Shown piece after piece: positions 18,176 to 28,566 of a DNA stretch of 64,000 nucleotides. Positions within the stretch are counted from its first letter, which is position 1. Each line of letters begins with the position of its first letter. The DNA lies in NCBI GenBank assembly GCA_963729715.1, contig CAVSPA010000003.1, positions 224,001 through 288,000 of the forward strand, read 5' to 3'. The notes below the pieces were generated by a model that was not told the DNA's origin, made no database searches, and saw only the letters and a program-made list of their open reading frames with translations. This DNA comes from an uncultured delta proteobacterium (GTDB lineage: Bacteria; Desulfobacterota; Syntrophia; Syntrophales; UBA2185). The position numbers and the translations under genes are program-made.

Positions 18176-20143
18176 TTAGAAAGAAACAGGCATATTTGCA
18201 GACAGGAAAATGAATACAGAAAATTTATCACTGAGCGTATCTGCCACCATATCTCTCGTCAAGTTGTAGTTGCCTCTTATTCCGACCGTCGGATTGAGCA
18301 GCCCATATTTCTGCTTGGCTATAAGCCAGCCCGTTCTGAAGTTTATATTTGTCGATTCCGTGTTGGAGGTGTCATCGGACGCCTTCACCTTATTGTAAAC
18401 GTAAGCGACTTCATAATCCAATTTCTTCAACACGTTTCCTTTGACTGCTAGGTTTGTCGTGTAGGTGTCCGTCACGACGTTGGTAAAATCATTCCTAAGT
18501 TCGTTTACGCTCAGACTCGGTACGACGGAGAATGTCGGCGTGGTATAGGTAGGGGTGAAGGTTGCCGTCATGTTCCTATTATCATTGGTACTATTGATTT
18601 GATCTTTCTGGCTGGCGTAAGCCACGTTGAAACCGAAATTCCAAGCGTCTTTAATGTAATTTATTTTTCCTGAAACGGTCTTCGTGTCAGTCCTCTTGGG
18701 CAATATCCCATCCGGCTCATTTACGCTCTCCGCACGCGTTAACTGCAGGTTCAGTCCCATGGGCAGGGTCTTGTACTTGCTGAAATTATAATCCGCCATC
18801 CCCTGATATGTGTACGTCCTCGGGATGAGGCTGGAGTTCTCCACGTTGTCATTATACCGTGAGAGGGAAACGTTTATGGCGTGTACATCAAGAAACTTGC
18901 CTCCGCCTTTCAGGGCGACACCCTCCTTATCCTTCAGAGCCCCCGGACTCGCTATGGAACCATATTTCGGACCTGCGTATTCATACAGGCCTTCATAAGT
19001 GTAATTGCTTGCCTGTCCCCCCATGAGTAATCTGTATGCCCTGTCGCTTTCCTTCGGGAGGGTATCCTGCGTGTCCTGGTCAAAGTGAGAAATGTCATAT
19101 TCCATTTCTGTTTTCAGCTTTTGCTGGAAGAAATCAGTTTTAAATAAAAAGCCCGTTGTGTCGCCCTGGGATCCGCCTCCCGCGGAAAAAGTTCCGGCGG
19201 ATGTGCCGGGTGTTTGACCGGTGACATAGATGACTTTGAAATTGGCCTTCTTGCTGAAAAGATCGACGTCAGCTGACATCCCTTCAATCTTATCTTGCGG
19301 GTCAAAGGCGAGGCCGGAGTCGTCCTTGAAAGCCCTCAGTCCTGTGACTTGTTGACCCTTCACACTGAAGGTGTTGAAGTGGAAGTTTTCGAATCCCGCA
19401 TTGAATCTGACGCCCCGACGGGACAATCCTTGGATCGTATTTTGAGATTCATTAATCGATACGTCCCCCGTTTCAGCAAGCATCTCCCCCTGCTCTCCCT
19501 TGTATTTCATGCTCAGGAGATAGTTGGGGATGGTAAAGCCCTTGTAGAGGGGGGAGTCGACCTGAGTATTTTGTTCAAGATAACGGATATTCGTGGAAAA
19601 CGAGGCTTCGAAGCCTTTTTCCCTAATCTTCGAATTGCTGGTCACGTTGCCCTCAAACTTCGAATAAGGTGTTTCGTCAGTTGTTCCTTCGGGCACGCGC
19701 CTTTGTGCCATCGCTTCATAAAGCACGGTCACATCATTTGTAGAAGACAATTCTTCAAATTGCTTGGAGTGTCTTACAGTGAAAGAAAAGTCCTTCTTGT
19801 ATTCTTTCTTTTCCGGGGTCGTGACAGTGACGCCTATTGTATGCGGGCCGGGCGACAGGACTTGAAACGGCTTGAATATGAAGCCGTCTTTCGATACCTC
19901 GACAAGTTCCGTTATATCGGTGCGGTCGAGAGTGACGAGGAGATTCTCTTTTGCAAAGGGGATGGTAATGACGCAGTTGATAACGGGTTTCTTACCGATA
20001 AACGTAGCACCTTCCTGAGGTGAGGACAATTTAATCCAATCTGTGGCCTTATCTTCCTGTTTGATCTCTGCTTTTGCTCCGGGAATGAAGATAAGAAGAA
20101 TTGCTAATATGACAGGGATACAGTGAATGAATCTGCGGAGCAT
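18176..20143 (-). CDS. Putative outer-membrane beta-barrel protein with an N-terminal Ig-like domain
   Basis: Signal peptide, alternating amphipathic beta-strand pattern and terminal Phe (ANMPVSF). Confidence 0.72.
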   Translation of the reverse strand: MLRRFIHCIPVILAILLIFIPGAKAEIKQEDKATDWIKLSSPQEGATFIGKKPVINCVITIPFAKENLLVTLDRTDITELVEVSKDGFIFKPFQVLSPGPHTIGVTVTTPEKKEYKKDFSFTVRHSKQFEELSSTNDVTVLYEAMAQRRVPEGTTDETPYSKFEGNVTSNSKIREKGFEASFSTNIRYLEQNTQVDSPLYKGFTIPNYLLSMKYKGEQGEMLAETGDVSINESQNTIQGLSRRGVRFNAGFENFHFNTFSVKGQQVTGLRAFKDDSGLAFDPQDKIEGMSADVDLFSKKANFKVIYVTGQTPGTSAGTFSAGGGSQGDTTGFLFKTDFFQQKLKTEMEYDISHFDQDTQDTLPKESDRAYRLLMGGQASNYTYEGLYEYAGPKYGSIASPGALKDKEGVALKGGGKFLDVHAINVSLSRYNDNVENSSLIPRTYTYQGMADYNFSKYKTLPMGLNLQLTRAESVNEPDGILPKRTDTKTVSGKINYIKDAWNFGFNVAYASQKDQINSTNDNRNMTATFTPTYTTPTFSVVPSLSVNELRNDFTNVVTDTYTTNLAVKGNVLKKLDYEVAYVYNKVKASDDTSNTESTNINFRTGWLIAKQKYGLLNPTVGIRGNYNLTRDMVADTLSDKFSVFIFLSANMPVSF

Positions 20144-20687
20144 GATTTCGCCTACCGGAACTATGGATAATTTGTCGAGAATTCGTTAAACGAAGAACAG
20201 ACGAAAGGTGTAAGCGACCACCATTCGCAGTAAAGAGTTTCCAAAATTAATTCACGCCGCCTTATCATGAACAAGATTACCCGTTACATGAAAAGCCGGG
20301 TTTTACAATCATCTACGGACAACAAGAGGTGGTAAAGCTGTCATGAATTTCAATCTCATGCATTGCATTTATAGTTTGCATATCACCATTTTCTTGAGAT
20401 GTCTACACCAAAAAATAGGATGCCTTAACTTTATGCACTGAGGAAGACGTCAGCAAAATATCTGTGGCAATCCATCTCTTCACATATGATTTGGGATAGG
20501 GGAAAATAGATAGAGACAAGCAGCCGTTGCGGTCATCCGATTTCTCGTTTCATTCAATAGTGTTGAATGTTTCATTAAATACTTCGCCCTTTTCAGGGCT
20601 CCGACGTTTCATCTCAATATCTCGGCATGTCGAGATACCCCTATATAATAAGCATGTTACAGATAATTACATAGCACCTTATCAAAC

Positions 20688-20703
20688 TGGCACGGATATT
20701 TCA
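20688..20703 (+). promoter_or_regulatory. Possible sigma-54 promoter
   Basis: TGGCAC-GGATA-TTTCA versus consensus TGGCAC-N5-TTGCW, with a mismatch in the conserved GC. Confidence 0.3.
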
Positions 20704-20749
20704 TTTATACAATTGCAATTAGATCAGAAACGCAAGGAGGAAACAGATT

Positions 20750-21025
20750 ATGAAAAAGGCAGTTAAGACATTAGGCCTGGCGGTATTTGTGGTGTTGATG
20801 ACGGCAACATTCGGCTTTGCCGAGTATGCAACAGCGAGTGTGAGCGAGTTCCCGTATTTTCAGCTTGGATGTCTGATTGTTGGCGGGATGATGGTCATCT
20901 CCTTGAAGCAAAAATATCCGAGGTTTTATGCCGGCGAGCTGATGGGCGTATTCACTATGTATACGCTTCTTGTTGCCCTGTTTACTGCGCCGGTCTTCAA
21001 TGCGATCAAGAACCTGGTAGGCTAA
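20750..21025 (+). CDS. Small membrane protein of unknown function
   Basis: AAGGAGG RBS and three hydrophobic segments. Confidence 0.75.
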   Translation: MKKAVKTLGLAVFVVLMTATFGFAEYATASVSEFPYFQLGCLIVGGMMVISLKQKYPRFYAGELMGVFTMYTLLVALFTAPVFNAIKNLVG

Positions 21026-21093
21026 GGAGACCAGCGAACCTCACGTTCATGAGAGTATGCTGATCAACCCCGGAGGGAAAGGAGGTTAAGGCC

Positions 21094-21330
21094 ATGTTAA
21101 TGACGGACAAGACACACCAAGACCGCAAGATGTACAGAGCGATCTTCATGCTGAGTTCATGGGGGTTTGTCATCGTGATTGCGTCATTCCTCTTCCTCTA
21201 TGTGGGACACAAACTGGACGAACTTCTCGGCACTTCTCCCAGCTTTATGCTCGGGTTGTTTTTCCTGGCCATATTTGCCTGCATCGGCAGGCTGTATCAG
21301 GATGCTTGGTTGAAGCGAAAGGATGTCTGA
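21094..21330 (+). CDS. AtpZ/AtpI (ATPase gene 1)-like two-helix membrane protein
   Basis: AAGGAGG RBS and the VGHKLDELLGTSPSFML signature. Confidence 0.75.
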   Translation: MLMTDKTHQDRKMYRAIFMLSSWGFVIVIASFLFLYVGHKLDELLGTSPSFMLGLFFLAIFACIGRLYQDAWLKRKDV

Positions 21331-21389
21331 GATCATCCTCCCCCTGCGGAAAACGTAAAAGATATTTTCACGATCTGTGATCATCGCCA

Positions 21390-21427
21390 AAGCCCCTCCG
21401 CCGACTTAGCAAAGGGGCTTATTTTAT
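21390..21427 (+). terminator. Intrinsic terminator between convergent genes
   Basis: AAGCCCCT...AGGGGCTT followed by ATTTTAT. Confidence 0.55.
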
Positions 21428-21467
21428 GGTGCACGACTATTGAGAGTAAACACGGGATATATTAGGT

Positions 21468-23987
21468 TCATGATCTGTCAAGTTCATTTCTCACGGCCAA
21501 GCCGATCTTTTCCAGTACGTAGGGTTTCTTGACATAGGCGCCGGCTCCCAACTCCTGGGCCTTCTTGACCCGATTCGTTTCAGAAAATCCGCTCACAATG
21601 ATGGCCTTCTGCTTCGGGTTGATTCTGACGACCCGTTGATATGTCTCGAGCCCGTCAATACCGGGGTCCATAATCATGTCGAGGACCATAAGATCAACGC
21701 GGTGCGTCTTGAGGTAATCAATAGCTTCTTCTCCGCTTGCCGCGGCGTTAACTTCGTAGCCGAGCCTTGTCAGCATGCTCGTGGCCAGTTCCCTTTGCTC
21801 CTTCACATCGTCCACTACCAGAATTGATTCTCCCCTGCCCGCGTATGATTCAGGCAATACCGCCTTCTGATCACTGACCATGTCCTCTCTGGTAACCGGG
21901 AAGTAGAGCATGAAGGTGCTTCCCTTTCCTTCCTCACTCTCGACGTCAATATATCCTTCATGGTCTTTCACCGTTCCCCAAACCACGGCTAATCCTAGGC
22001 CGGTTCCGCTTCTCCCCATGACCTTTTTTGTATAGAACGGCTCGAAAATACGCTTCAAATCGGCGGCCGGTATGCCTTCCCCCGTGTCCGAGACGGAAAG
22101 AACAACGTAGTCACCCTCTCTGACAGCGTCATATCCTTGGATGGGTTTATCGAGGTACTGGTTGCTCGTGGAAATAGTCAACCTGCCTCCCTTCGGCATA
22201 GCCTCGGCGGCATTGGAAACGAGGTTCATTATAGTCTTCTCGAGATGGATAGGGGAGCCTATGATGTTTAACAGGTCTTCCCCGATGCTGGTCTCTACAT
22301 GAACATCCGGGTGAAATGAGCACATCTTCTCAAACTCGGGAGACTTTTGAAAATCAATCACTATGTTGTTTAGATTAATAACCTTGCCGGTATGGACCCC
22401 TCTTCGCGCCAGGGTCAGTAGATCCTGAACAATAGCAGCGGCCCTCTGGCCGCCGCTCATGATATTCACGACATGCGGTCTTATGGTGCTTGATTCATCG
22501 ATTCTCTCGAGAAGCAATTCTGAATAACCGACTACGATGCCGAGAACATTATTGAGATCGTGTGCGACTCCGCCTGCCAACGTGCCTAATGCCTCCATTT
22601 TCTCCGCTCTCTGCAGGCGCTCCTCCAGCACCTTTCGCTCCTGTTCGGCTTGCCTGCGCTCGGTCATGTCGAATAGGGTGGAACGGCTCATGACGTAACG
22701 ACCTTTGTCATTTTTAATGGCCGTGGCATTCAAAAGCACGGGCAGCCTGGTGCCGTCCTTACGGATGAGTTCGAACTCAAGATTGTCCATCCATCCCCGT
22801 TCCTTTAAGATAGGAAAGGTCTTATGGTAAACGCTCAGATACTCCGGGGCCAACAAATAGCTCCATTTCATCTTGCCGATGACTTCCTCCCGGGTATAGC
22901 CTAGCCATCGAAGCTCTGTCTCATTCATCTGCAGGAAGGTGCTGTCCGGACCTAGAGAATGATAGCCGCACGGGGCGTTATTATAGAGATCGCTGATTTC
23001 TTCGGAATATTTTCTCAATTCATCTTCCGCCTGCCTGCGTATCACCGCCTCCTTGCGCAAGTCCGCATTGGCCTGTCCCAGCTCGGCGGTACGCTCGTCG
23101 ACGCGCTTTTCGAGTGAGGCATGAGAGGCGCGCAATTGTTCGAGCAGTTTGTTGAAGGCGGAACCGAGGACGCTGATTTCGTCGGTCCCTGTGACCGTGA
23201 CCGGCGTCATCCACGGACTCTCGGTGTGCGAAGCGATATCCTGAAAATGTCCGGAGATAGCCGCCAGACGCCTCGTAACCAAGACTCTGAAAACGACTAT
23301 GATCAATCCGAAGAGGAGGGCAAGACCTGCTACCAAAATAATCGTCTGGTGGCGCATCTCGGCGGCGAGGGCGGCATTCACCTTCTCGATGGGCACTGCG
23401 ACCATATCGAGTCCTGCCACATCTCCTACCTTCCGGTAGAAACTTGCTTTTGATCCATACCGTTTTACAAGTTCCGCCGGTGCGTCCTTCGGGTCGCCAT
23501 GGCAGCGCATGCATTCGCCCGTCAAAAACCTGGGTGTGAAATGAACGAGGTAAAGCCTGCCGTTAATCTCCACCTTGTCGGTTCGTCTTTTGAATTGTGG
23601 ATTCGCGCGGAAGTAATTGATCATCTTCAGTTCTTCCGTGTCGGCCAAATTCGCAGGGTTCCGCGGGTTTTCGGACGAGAAGCGGATGATGTAATCGGGG
23701 AATTTCTTTCTCACGTCCTCAAATATTTTTTTCGAAATATAGGAGGTGGACATTGTCTCCGGGTTGAAGCCGTCCCTGCCCATGAATTTCTCCACATTGG
23801 GTCGGATCTTCTGTCCCACATAGTTGCGAATCGCCAGATCAAATTCGAGAGCAAGGTTGGCCTGCTGATTGACAAGTTCATTGGCGTGCTTTCGGCTTGC
23901 GTCGTAGGTTTGATAAAGGATAAATACGGAAAACAGGACTGCGAGCAATCCAAAAGGTAGAAGGAAACGCGTTCCCAGACTTTTCAT
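21468..23987 (-). CDS. Hybrid sensor histidine kinase (periplasmic heme-c DUF3365-like domain, HAMP, PAS, HisKA, HATPase, REC)
   Basis: PRNPAN and CMRCH between two TM helices; AHDLNN, GTGLGL, VVDD and LDMIM motifs. Confidence 0.92.
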   Translation of the reverse strand: MKSLGTRFLLPFGLLAVLFSVFILYQTYDASRKHANELVNQQANLALEFDLAIRNYVGQKIRPNVEKFMGRDGFNPETMSTSYISKKIFEDVRKKFPDYIIRFSSENPRNPANLADTEELKMINYFRANPQFKRRTDKVEINGRLYLVHFTPRFLTGECMRCHGDPKDAPAELVKRYGSKASFYRKVGDVAGLDMVAVPIEKVNAALAAEMRHQTIILVAGLALLFGLIIVVFRVLVTRRLAAISGHFQDIASHTESPWMTPVTVTGTDEISVLGSAFNKLLEQLRASHASLEKRVDERTAELGQANADLRKEAVIRRQAEDELRKYSEEISDLYNNAPCGYHSLGPDSTFLQMNETELRWLGYTREEVIGKMKWSYLLAPEYLSVYHKTFPILKERGWMDNLEFELIRKDGTRLPVLLNATAIKNDKGRYVMSRSTLFDMTERRQAEQERKVLEERLQRAEKMEALGTLAGGVAHDLNNVLGIVVGYSELLLERIDESSTIRPHVVNIMSGGQRAAAIVQDLLTLARRGVHTGKVINLNNIVIDFQKSPEFEKMCSFHPDVHVETSIGEDLLNIIGSPIHLEKTIMNLVSNAAEAMPKGGRLTISTSNQYLDKPIQGYDAVREGDYVVLSVSDTGEGIPAADLKRIFEPFYTKKVMGRSGTGLGLAVVWGTVKDHEGYIDVESEEGKGSTFMLYFPVTREDMVSDQKAVLPESYAGRGESILVVDDVKEQRELATSMLTRLGYEVNAAASGEEAIDYLKTHRVDLMVLDMIMDPGIDGLETYQRVVRINPKQKAIIVSGFSETNRVKKAQELGAGAYVKKPYVLEKIGLAVRNELDRS

Positions 23988-24176
23988 GGCTTTTCTCCCA
24001 CGTGCTCAGACATTTCCGATGCTCCTGGAAAAAAATATTAGCAAGAGTATAAAGAGAAGCCGATTGTATGTCAAGGAATGCCGGCGAGAGTCCTTTCCTC
24101 TTGACGCACAACCGACTTTTTCCTATACTCCCTCATCAAGGGAGCAGCTTTTTCATCAACGCGTGTCGGTACCCAT

Positions 24177-25007
24177 ATGATCCCGAAACGAAAACTCGGC
24201 AAAACCAACGTGGATGTGACCATCCTGGGCCTCGGCGGCGAGGGTGTCCTTCGGACATACGGCAACGAACAGGAGGCTTATGAACTGATCAACCGGGCCA
24301 TTGATCTCGGGATTAATTACTTTGATTCAGCCAAGGCGTACGCGGGATGCGAATCATACTACGGGAAGGCGTTGAAGGAGAGGAGGAAGGATATCTTCCT
24401 TGCGGGCAAGTCTCACGCCCGCGACTGGAAGGGTGCTCATGCGCATCTACGCGATACCCTTAAGACCATGAACACCGACCATCTCGACCTCTGGCAGATG
24501 CATGACATGAGAACTCAAGAGGACATTGACGAGGTCACCTCGCCCCGAGGCGCACTGGAAGCGTTTGTAGAGGCGAAGGAAAAGGGTCTTGCCCGTTTCA
24601 TCGGTGTCACCGGTCATGAAAATCCGTCGATCCTCAGGCGCTGCATTGAGCTTGCCGACTTCGATACAGTACTTATGCCCGTCAATCCCGCAGAACCGCA
24701 ATATCTAAATTTTATCGACGGCCTCATACCGTTTGCGCTGCAAAAGAATATGGGGATCATTGCCATGAAGGTCTATATCAGAGGAATGGCATCAAGAATT
24801 CCCGGAATCGGTACGATAGAGCCCTTCTACCGTTTTGCCCTCTCTCATCCTGTGACAACGGCGATCATCGGGTGCGATACCATCGCACAGCTTGAAGAGA
24901 ATGTAAGGTGCGCCTGGTCATTTGCTCCGATGAAAGACAGGGAGATGGGCCGTATCAGCGAACTCGTCGCTCCCTATGCCCGTCAACTCATGTACTACAA
25001 GCCATAA
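24177..25007 (+). CDS. Aldo/keto reductase
   Basis: GINYFDSAKAY, DHLDLWQMH, IGVTGH and IAMKV motifs. Confidence 0.9.
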   Translation: MIPKRKLGKTNVDVTILGLGGEGVLRTYGNEQEAYELINRAIDLGINYFDSAKAYAGCESYYGKALKERRKDIFLAGKSHARDWKGAHAHLRDTLKTMNTDHLDLWQMHDMRTQEDIDEVTSPRGALEAFVEAKEKGLARFIGVTGHENPSILRRCIELADFDTVLMPVNPAEPQYLNFIDGLIPFALQKNMGIIAMKVYIRGMASRIPGIGTIEPFYRFALSHPVTTAIIGCDTIAQLEENVRCAWSFAPMKDREMGRISELVAPYARQLMYYKP

Positions 25008-25078
25008 AAACAGTCCCATTACACGATCACAAGGAAGAAGCCACGCCTGTAAAGCTTACTTAGTTTGCTGACCAGGCA

Positions 25079-26854
25079 TCACGCCGGCTGCGGCATGATG
25101 CCATGGATAGGGAAGACATTTGTCTCAAGGAAGGCCATAACGCGGCTGGCCTCGGCGCGTGCCTCGGCAATTTTGGAGGGAGAGATGAAAGGATACGGAT
25201 CACGGAGAGATGAGCCTTCGATGGCCGCGGCGCCGCGGGCGCCCATCTGGCCGAAGTAGTCTCCGTCGGGTTCTGCATTGTGCAGCACAGCCCAGGCGAG
25301 TGTCCAGTCGCGGGCTATGCTCTTCGGGTTGTAGCCGCCCGCGCCCAGCATGAGCATCTTGGGCACGAGCCGGCGAATCCCGTAAATAACTTCTGCGTAG
25401 ATATTATTCGTTAGAGAGAGATGCGACATGGAATCGGTGTACATGGCGTCAACACCGGCGGAAACAACGCAGACATCGGGTTTATACGTGCGGGCGAGCG
25501 GCGAGACGATGCGGCGGAATACTTCACCGTAGATTTCGTCTTCTGTGCCGGGTGCAAGCGGGACGTTCACATTGTAGCCGTAGCCTCCGCCTTCACCAAG
25601 TTCATTCTCAAAACCGGAGTTCCAGGGAAAGAGGGTGCGCGCGGATTCATGGAGGGATATCTTGAGGACGCGACTCTCGTCGTAGAAAGCGAACTGGACG
25701 CCGTCGCCGTGGTGCGCATCGATATCGAAGTAAAGGACACGGCGTCCCTGCTGGAGAAGATACTTGATGGCGATGACAACGTCGTTGAGGTAGCAGAATC
25801 CGGAGGCGTAATTGGGGCCGCCGTGGTGGAAGCCGCCCGTGGGACTAAAGACGAGGTCGATGTTCGGCTGCGAAATCAGCAAATCTGCGCCCATGACGGA
25901 AGCGCCGACGGCAAGCATGGAGTATTCGAGCACGCCTCGGGAGACAGGGTTGTCGCTGGTGCCGATGCCGTAAGAGAGCAGGCGGGTGTTGAATACGCCC
26001 ATGGAGGCCATGACGAGGTAGTGATAGTAATGAACGTCATGGAAGGCGAGGACCGAATTTTCATCGATGGGTGCGGGCTCCATGATCTGGACGCCGCGCA
26101 GGTGGTGGAGGTCGTGGCGCTTGCACATATCAAGGAAGAGCCGCGAGCGGGCCGTGACGAAGGGATGGTCTTGCTTGATGGTGAATTCCTCGAAGCGTGG
26201 TGAGTAGATGATGACGGAGCGCGTTTCGGGCAGCACTCTCTCGCCTTCGAGGTAGTCGGGCGATTTAATGAATCCCGTAGACGGCGCCACGGGCGTGATA
26301 ATGTCGGAGAGGTCCGGCGTTTCAGGGACGCCCGCAAGGTCGAGTTCCAGTTCCAGTTCGTTACCATCGCGACGGGCCTCGCGGAATCCGACTTTATAAT
26401 AGATGCGCAGGGCGCGCGCGTTGTTGCGGCTTTCGAAAACCCAGACTTTTCTGTACCCGAGGCGTTTGGCAGCGGCGAAAAGCGGGTAGGTGACGATGCT
26501 GCCGATGCCCCTGTTCTGAACCTCGTTGTGGACGAAGAGGGTAAACTCAACTATATCCGGGTCCGGCATGGGGAAGAGCATGCCGTGGGCGACGGCGGCG
26601 CCGCCCAGTTCGGCCTTGAGGTTCATCGCGGTACGGAGGCAACTGCGAATCCATTCGAGGCGCGTTTTCTGGTCGACAGGTGGCAGACCCTGGATGGCGG
26701 CCTTTGGTTCATAGGTGTCGTACATCCGCGCGAGTGCTTCGAGATCAGCATCGCCGCAGGGCGATACGGTCACGACATCTTTTTTCTTATCGAGGGCCGA
26801 ACAGGGCCATAGGTCGAGTTCGGCGAATTGCTTCATTATGTCAGGCCAGTTCAC
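25079..26854 (-). CDS. GNAT acetyltransferase fused to an AcuC/HDAC-family Zn-dependent deacetylase
   Basis: N-terminal FVHNEVQNRGIGS...NARALRIYYKVGF. C-terminal GGFHHG, GFCYLND, DIDAHHGDGVQ, GVDA and GAGGY. Confidence 0.88.
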   Translation of the reverse strand: MNWPDIMKQFAELDLWPCSALDKKKDVVTVSPCGDADLEALARMYDTYEPKAAIQGLPPVDQKTRLEWIRSCLRTAMNLKAELGGAAVAHGMLFPMPDPDIVEFTLFVHNEVQNRGIGSIVTYPLFAAAKRLGYRKVWVFESRNNARALRIYYKVGFREARRDGNELELELDLAGVPETPDLSDIITPVAPSTGFIKSPDYLEGERVLPETRSVIIYSPRFEEFTIKQDHPFVTARSRLFLDMCKRHDLHHLRGVQIMEPAPIDENSVLAFHDVHYYHYLVMASMGVFNTRLLSYGIGTSDNPVSRGVLEYSMLAVGASVMGADLLISQPNIDLVFSPTGGFHHGGPNYASGFCYLNDVVIAIKYLLQQGRRVLYFDIDAHHGDGVQFAFYDESRVLKISLHESARTLFPWNSGFENELGEGGGYGYNVNVPLAPGTEDEIYGEVFRRIVSPLARTYKPDVCVVSAGVDAMYTDSMSHLSLTNNIYAEVIYGIRRLVPKMLMLGAGGYNPKSIARDWTLAWAVLHNAEPDGDYFGQMGARGAAAIEGSSLRDPYPFISPSKIAEARAEASRVMAFLETNVFPIHGIMPQPA

Positions 26855-27142
26855 CGTTCCTCCTGCATTTCATCTATCATGTCCGCCCCGACAAATATGC
26901 TCGTAGACGGGATCTAATCGGGAATCCAGTCTTTGCGACGTCCTGCGTAAAAGTATAGGAGAATATGTTCCTGCCTGTCAACATTATTAAACCAGCATGA
27001 AGGTTTCTCTGCTTTTCCAAGTGCTCAGGCATGCATCTCAACGTGCCCCGGAAATTATATTGTGAATAGCAACATAATCAAGTACACTGCTTCGCATATG
27101 CAGTCATCATAATCACATAATTAAGAATAGGAATGGCTTCAC

Positions 27143-28357
27143 ATGGTCGAAGAAAAAAAGAATGAAGAAAAAAGTTTTGCGGAACTGTTCGGAGAAACCG
27201 AGGTGCGAAAGGATTTCCTGGAGCCGGGTCAGAAGATTGAAGCCACCATCGTCAAGATCACTCAGGATTGGATATTCCTCGACCTGGGAGGGAAGAGCGA
27301 AGGCTATCTCGACAGAAAAGAATTGGCCGATGAAAATGGCAATCTTTCCGTAAAGGAGGGCGATTCCATTGAAGCATATTTCCTTTCGTCGAAGCATAAC
27401 GAGAAACTTTTTACGACGAAAATAGGAGCGGGAGATTCCGCGAGAATCCATATAGAAGAAGTCTGGCGAAGCGGAATACCCATTGAGGGTGTTGTAGAGA
27501 AAGAGATCAAGGGTGGATTTGAGATCAAACTGGTAGGCGATATGCGGGGCTTCTGTCCATATTCCCAGATAGACATCAGGCGTGCTGAGAATGCGAAAGA
27601 CTATGTCGGCCGCCGTCTTCCTTTCAGAATTACGGAATACGGAGAGCGGGGGCGCAATATCGTTTTGTCTGCGAGGGTCATTCTGGAGGAGCAGAAGAAA
27701 AGAGATGAAAAGGCGCGGAAGGCCGAATTACACGAAGGGATGCTCGTAAAAGGGACCGTAGTGTCCATCCGGGATTTTGGCGCCTTTCTGGATATCGGTG
27801 GTTTGCAGGGCCTCCTCCCGATCTCGGAGATCGGCTGGGACCGCGTGGAGGACATTTACACGCGCCTGTCCGTCGGTCAAACATTCGATGTAATCATTGC
27901 CAAGATGGATCCGCAAAACAACCGTGTCAGTTTTTCTCTAAAACAGACATTATCCGATCCCTGGAATGAAGCAGAGGCAAAATACCCGGAAGGGACTTTT
28001 CATACAGGAACCGTGGTGCGTCTGATGAAGTTCGGCGCCTTCGTCAATCTGGGGCCGGGGGTTGACGGCCTTCTTCACATCTCCAAACTGGGAAAGGGAA
28101 AGAGAATCGTTCATCCCAGTGATGTCGTCAAGGAAGGGCAGGTCATGGAAGTCAGGATTGATACGATAGACAAGGAGCAAAAGAGGATATCCCTTTCCAT
28201 ACCGGAGGCAGAAGCGCGTGATGACGCAGAGCGAAAGATAGAGAAAAAGTCTGCAGATGACCATCAAGAATATGCCGGGGAGGTTCCCACGTCGCTCGGT
28301 TCATTGGGTGATATTATGATGCGGAATGTGGGGAAAAAGAAGAAGAGCAATGGATGA
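27143..28357 (+). CDS. rpsA: Ribosomal protein S1-like protein with four S1 domains
   Basis: SFAELF N-terminus; GGKSEG, FGAFLDIGGLQGLLPISE and FGAFVNLGPGVDGLLHIS. Shorter than six-domain S1, so it may be a paralog. Confidence 0.8.
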   Translation: MVEEKKNEEKSFAELFGETEVRKDFLEPGQKIEATIVKITQDWIFLDLGGKSEGYLDRKELADENGNLSVKEGDSIEAYFLSSKHNEKLFTTKIGAGDSARIHIEEVWRSGIPIEGVVEKEIKGGFEIKLVGDMRGFCPYSQIDIRRAENAKDYVGRRLPFRITEYGERGRNIVLSARVILEEQKKRDEKARKAELHEGMLVKGTVVSIRDFGAFLDIGGLQGLLPISEIGWDRVEDIYTRLSVGQTFDVIIAKMDPQNNRVSFSLKQTLSDPWNEAEAKYPEGTFHTGTVVRLMKFGAFVNLGPGVDGLLHISKLGKGKRIVHPSDVVKEGQVMEVRIDTIDKEQKRISLSIPEAEARDDAERKIEKKSADDHQEYAGEVPTSLGSLGDIMMRNVGKKKKSNG

Positions 28358-28443
28358 AGCCCTCGCGAGAAGTGAACAATACCATCATTCCCGGACCAAG
28401 ATTGTCACTGCTACGCGCAAATGGCCGTGGCGATTTTCCCCAT

Positions 28444-28557
28444 TTGTCATTTCGAACCCTTCGGTTTACTCAGGGTAAACGCCGTGAGGAATCTTAAGAT
28501 CCCTCCCTTTACTCGGGACAGGGATTTCTCAGTCTCTGCGCTCCTTCGAGATGACAA
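28444..28557. repeat. Palindromic miniature element (TGTCATT-type)
   Basis: Terminal inverted repeats TTGTCATTTCGAA / TTCGAGATGACAA. Confidence 0.7.
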
Positions 28558-28566
28558 GCGAATTAG

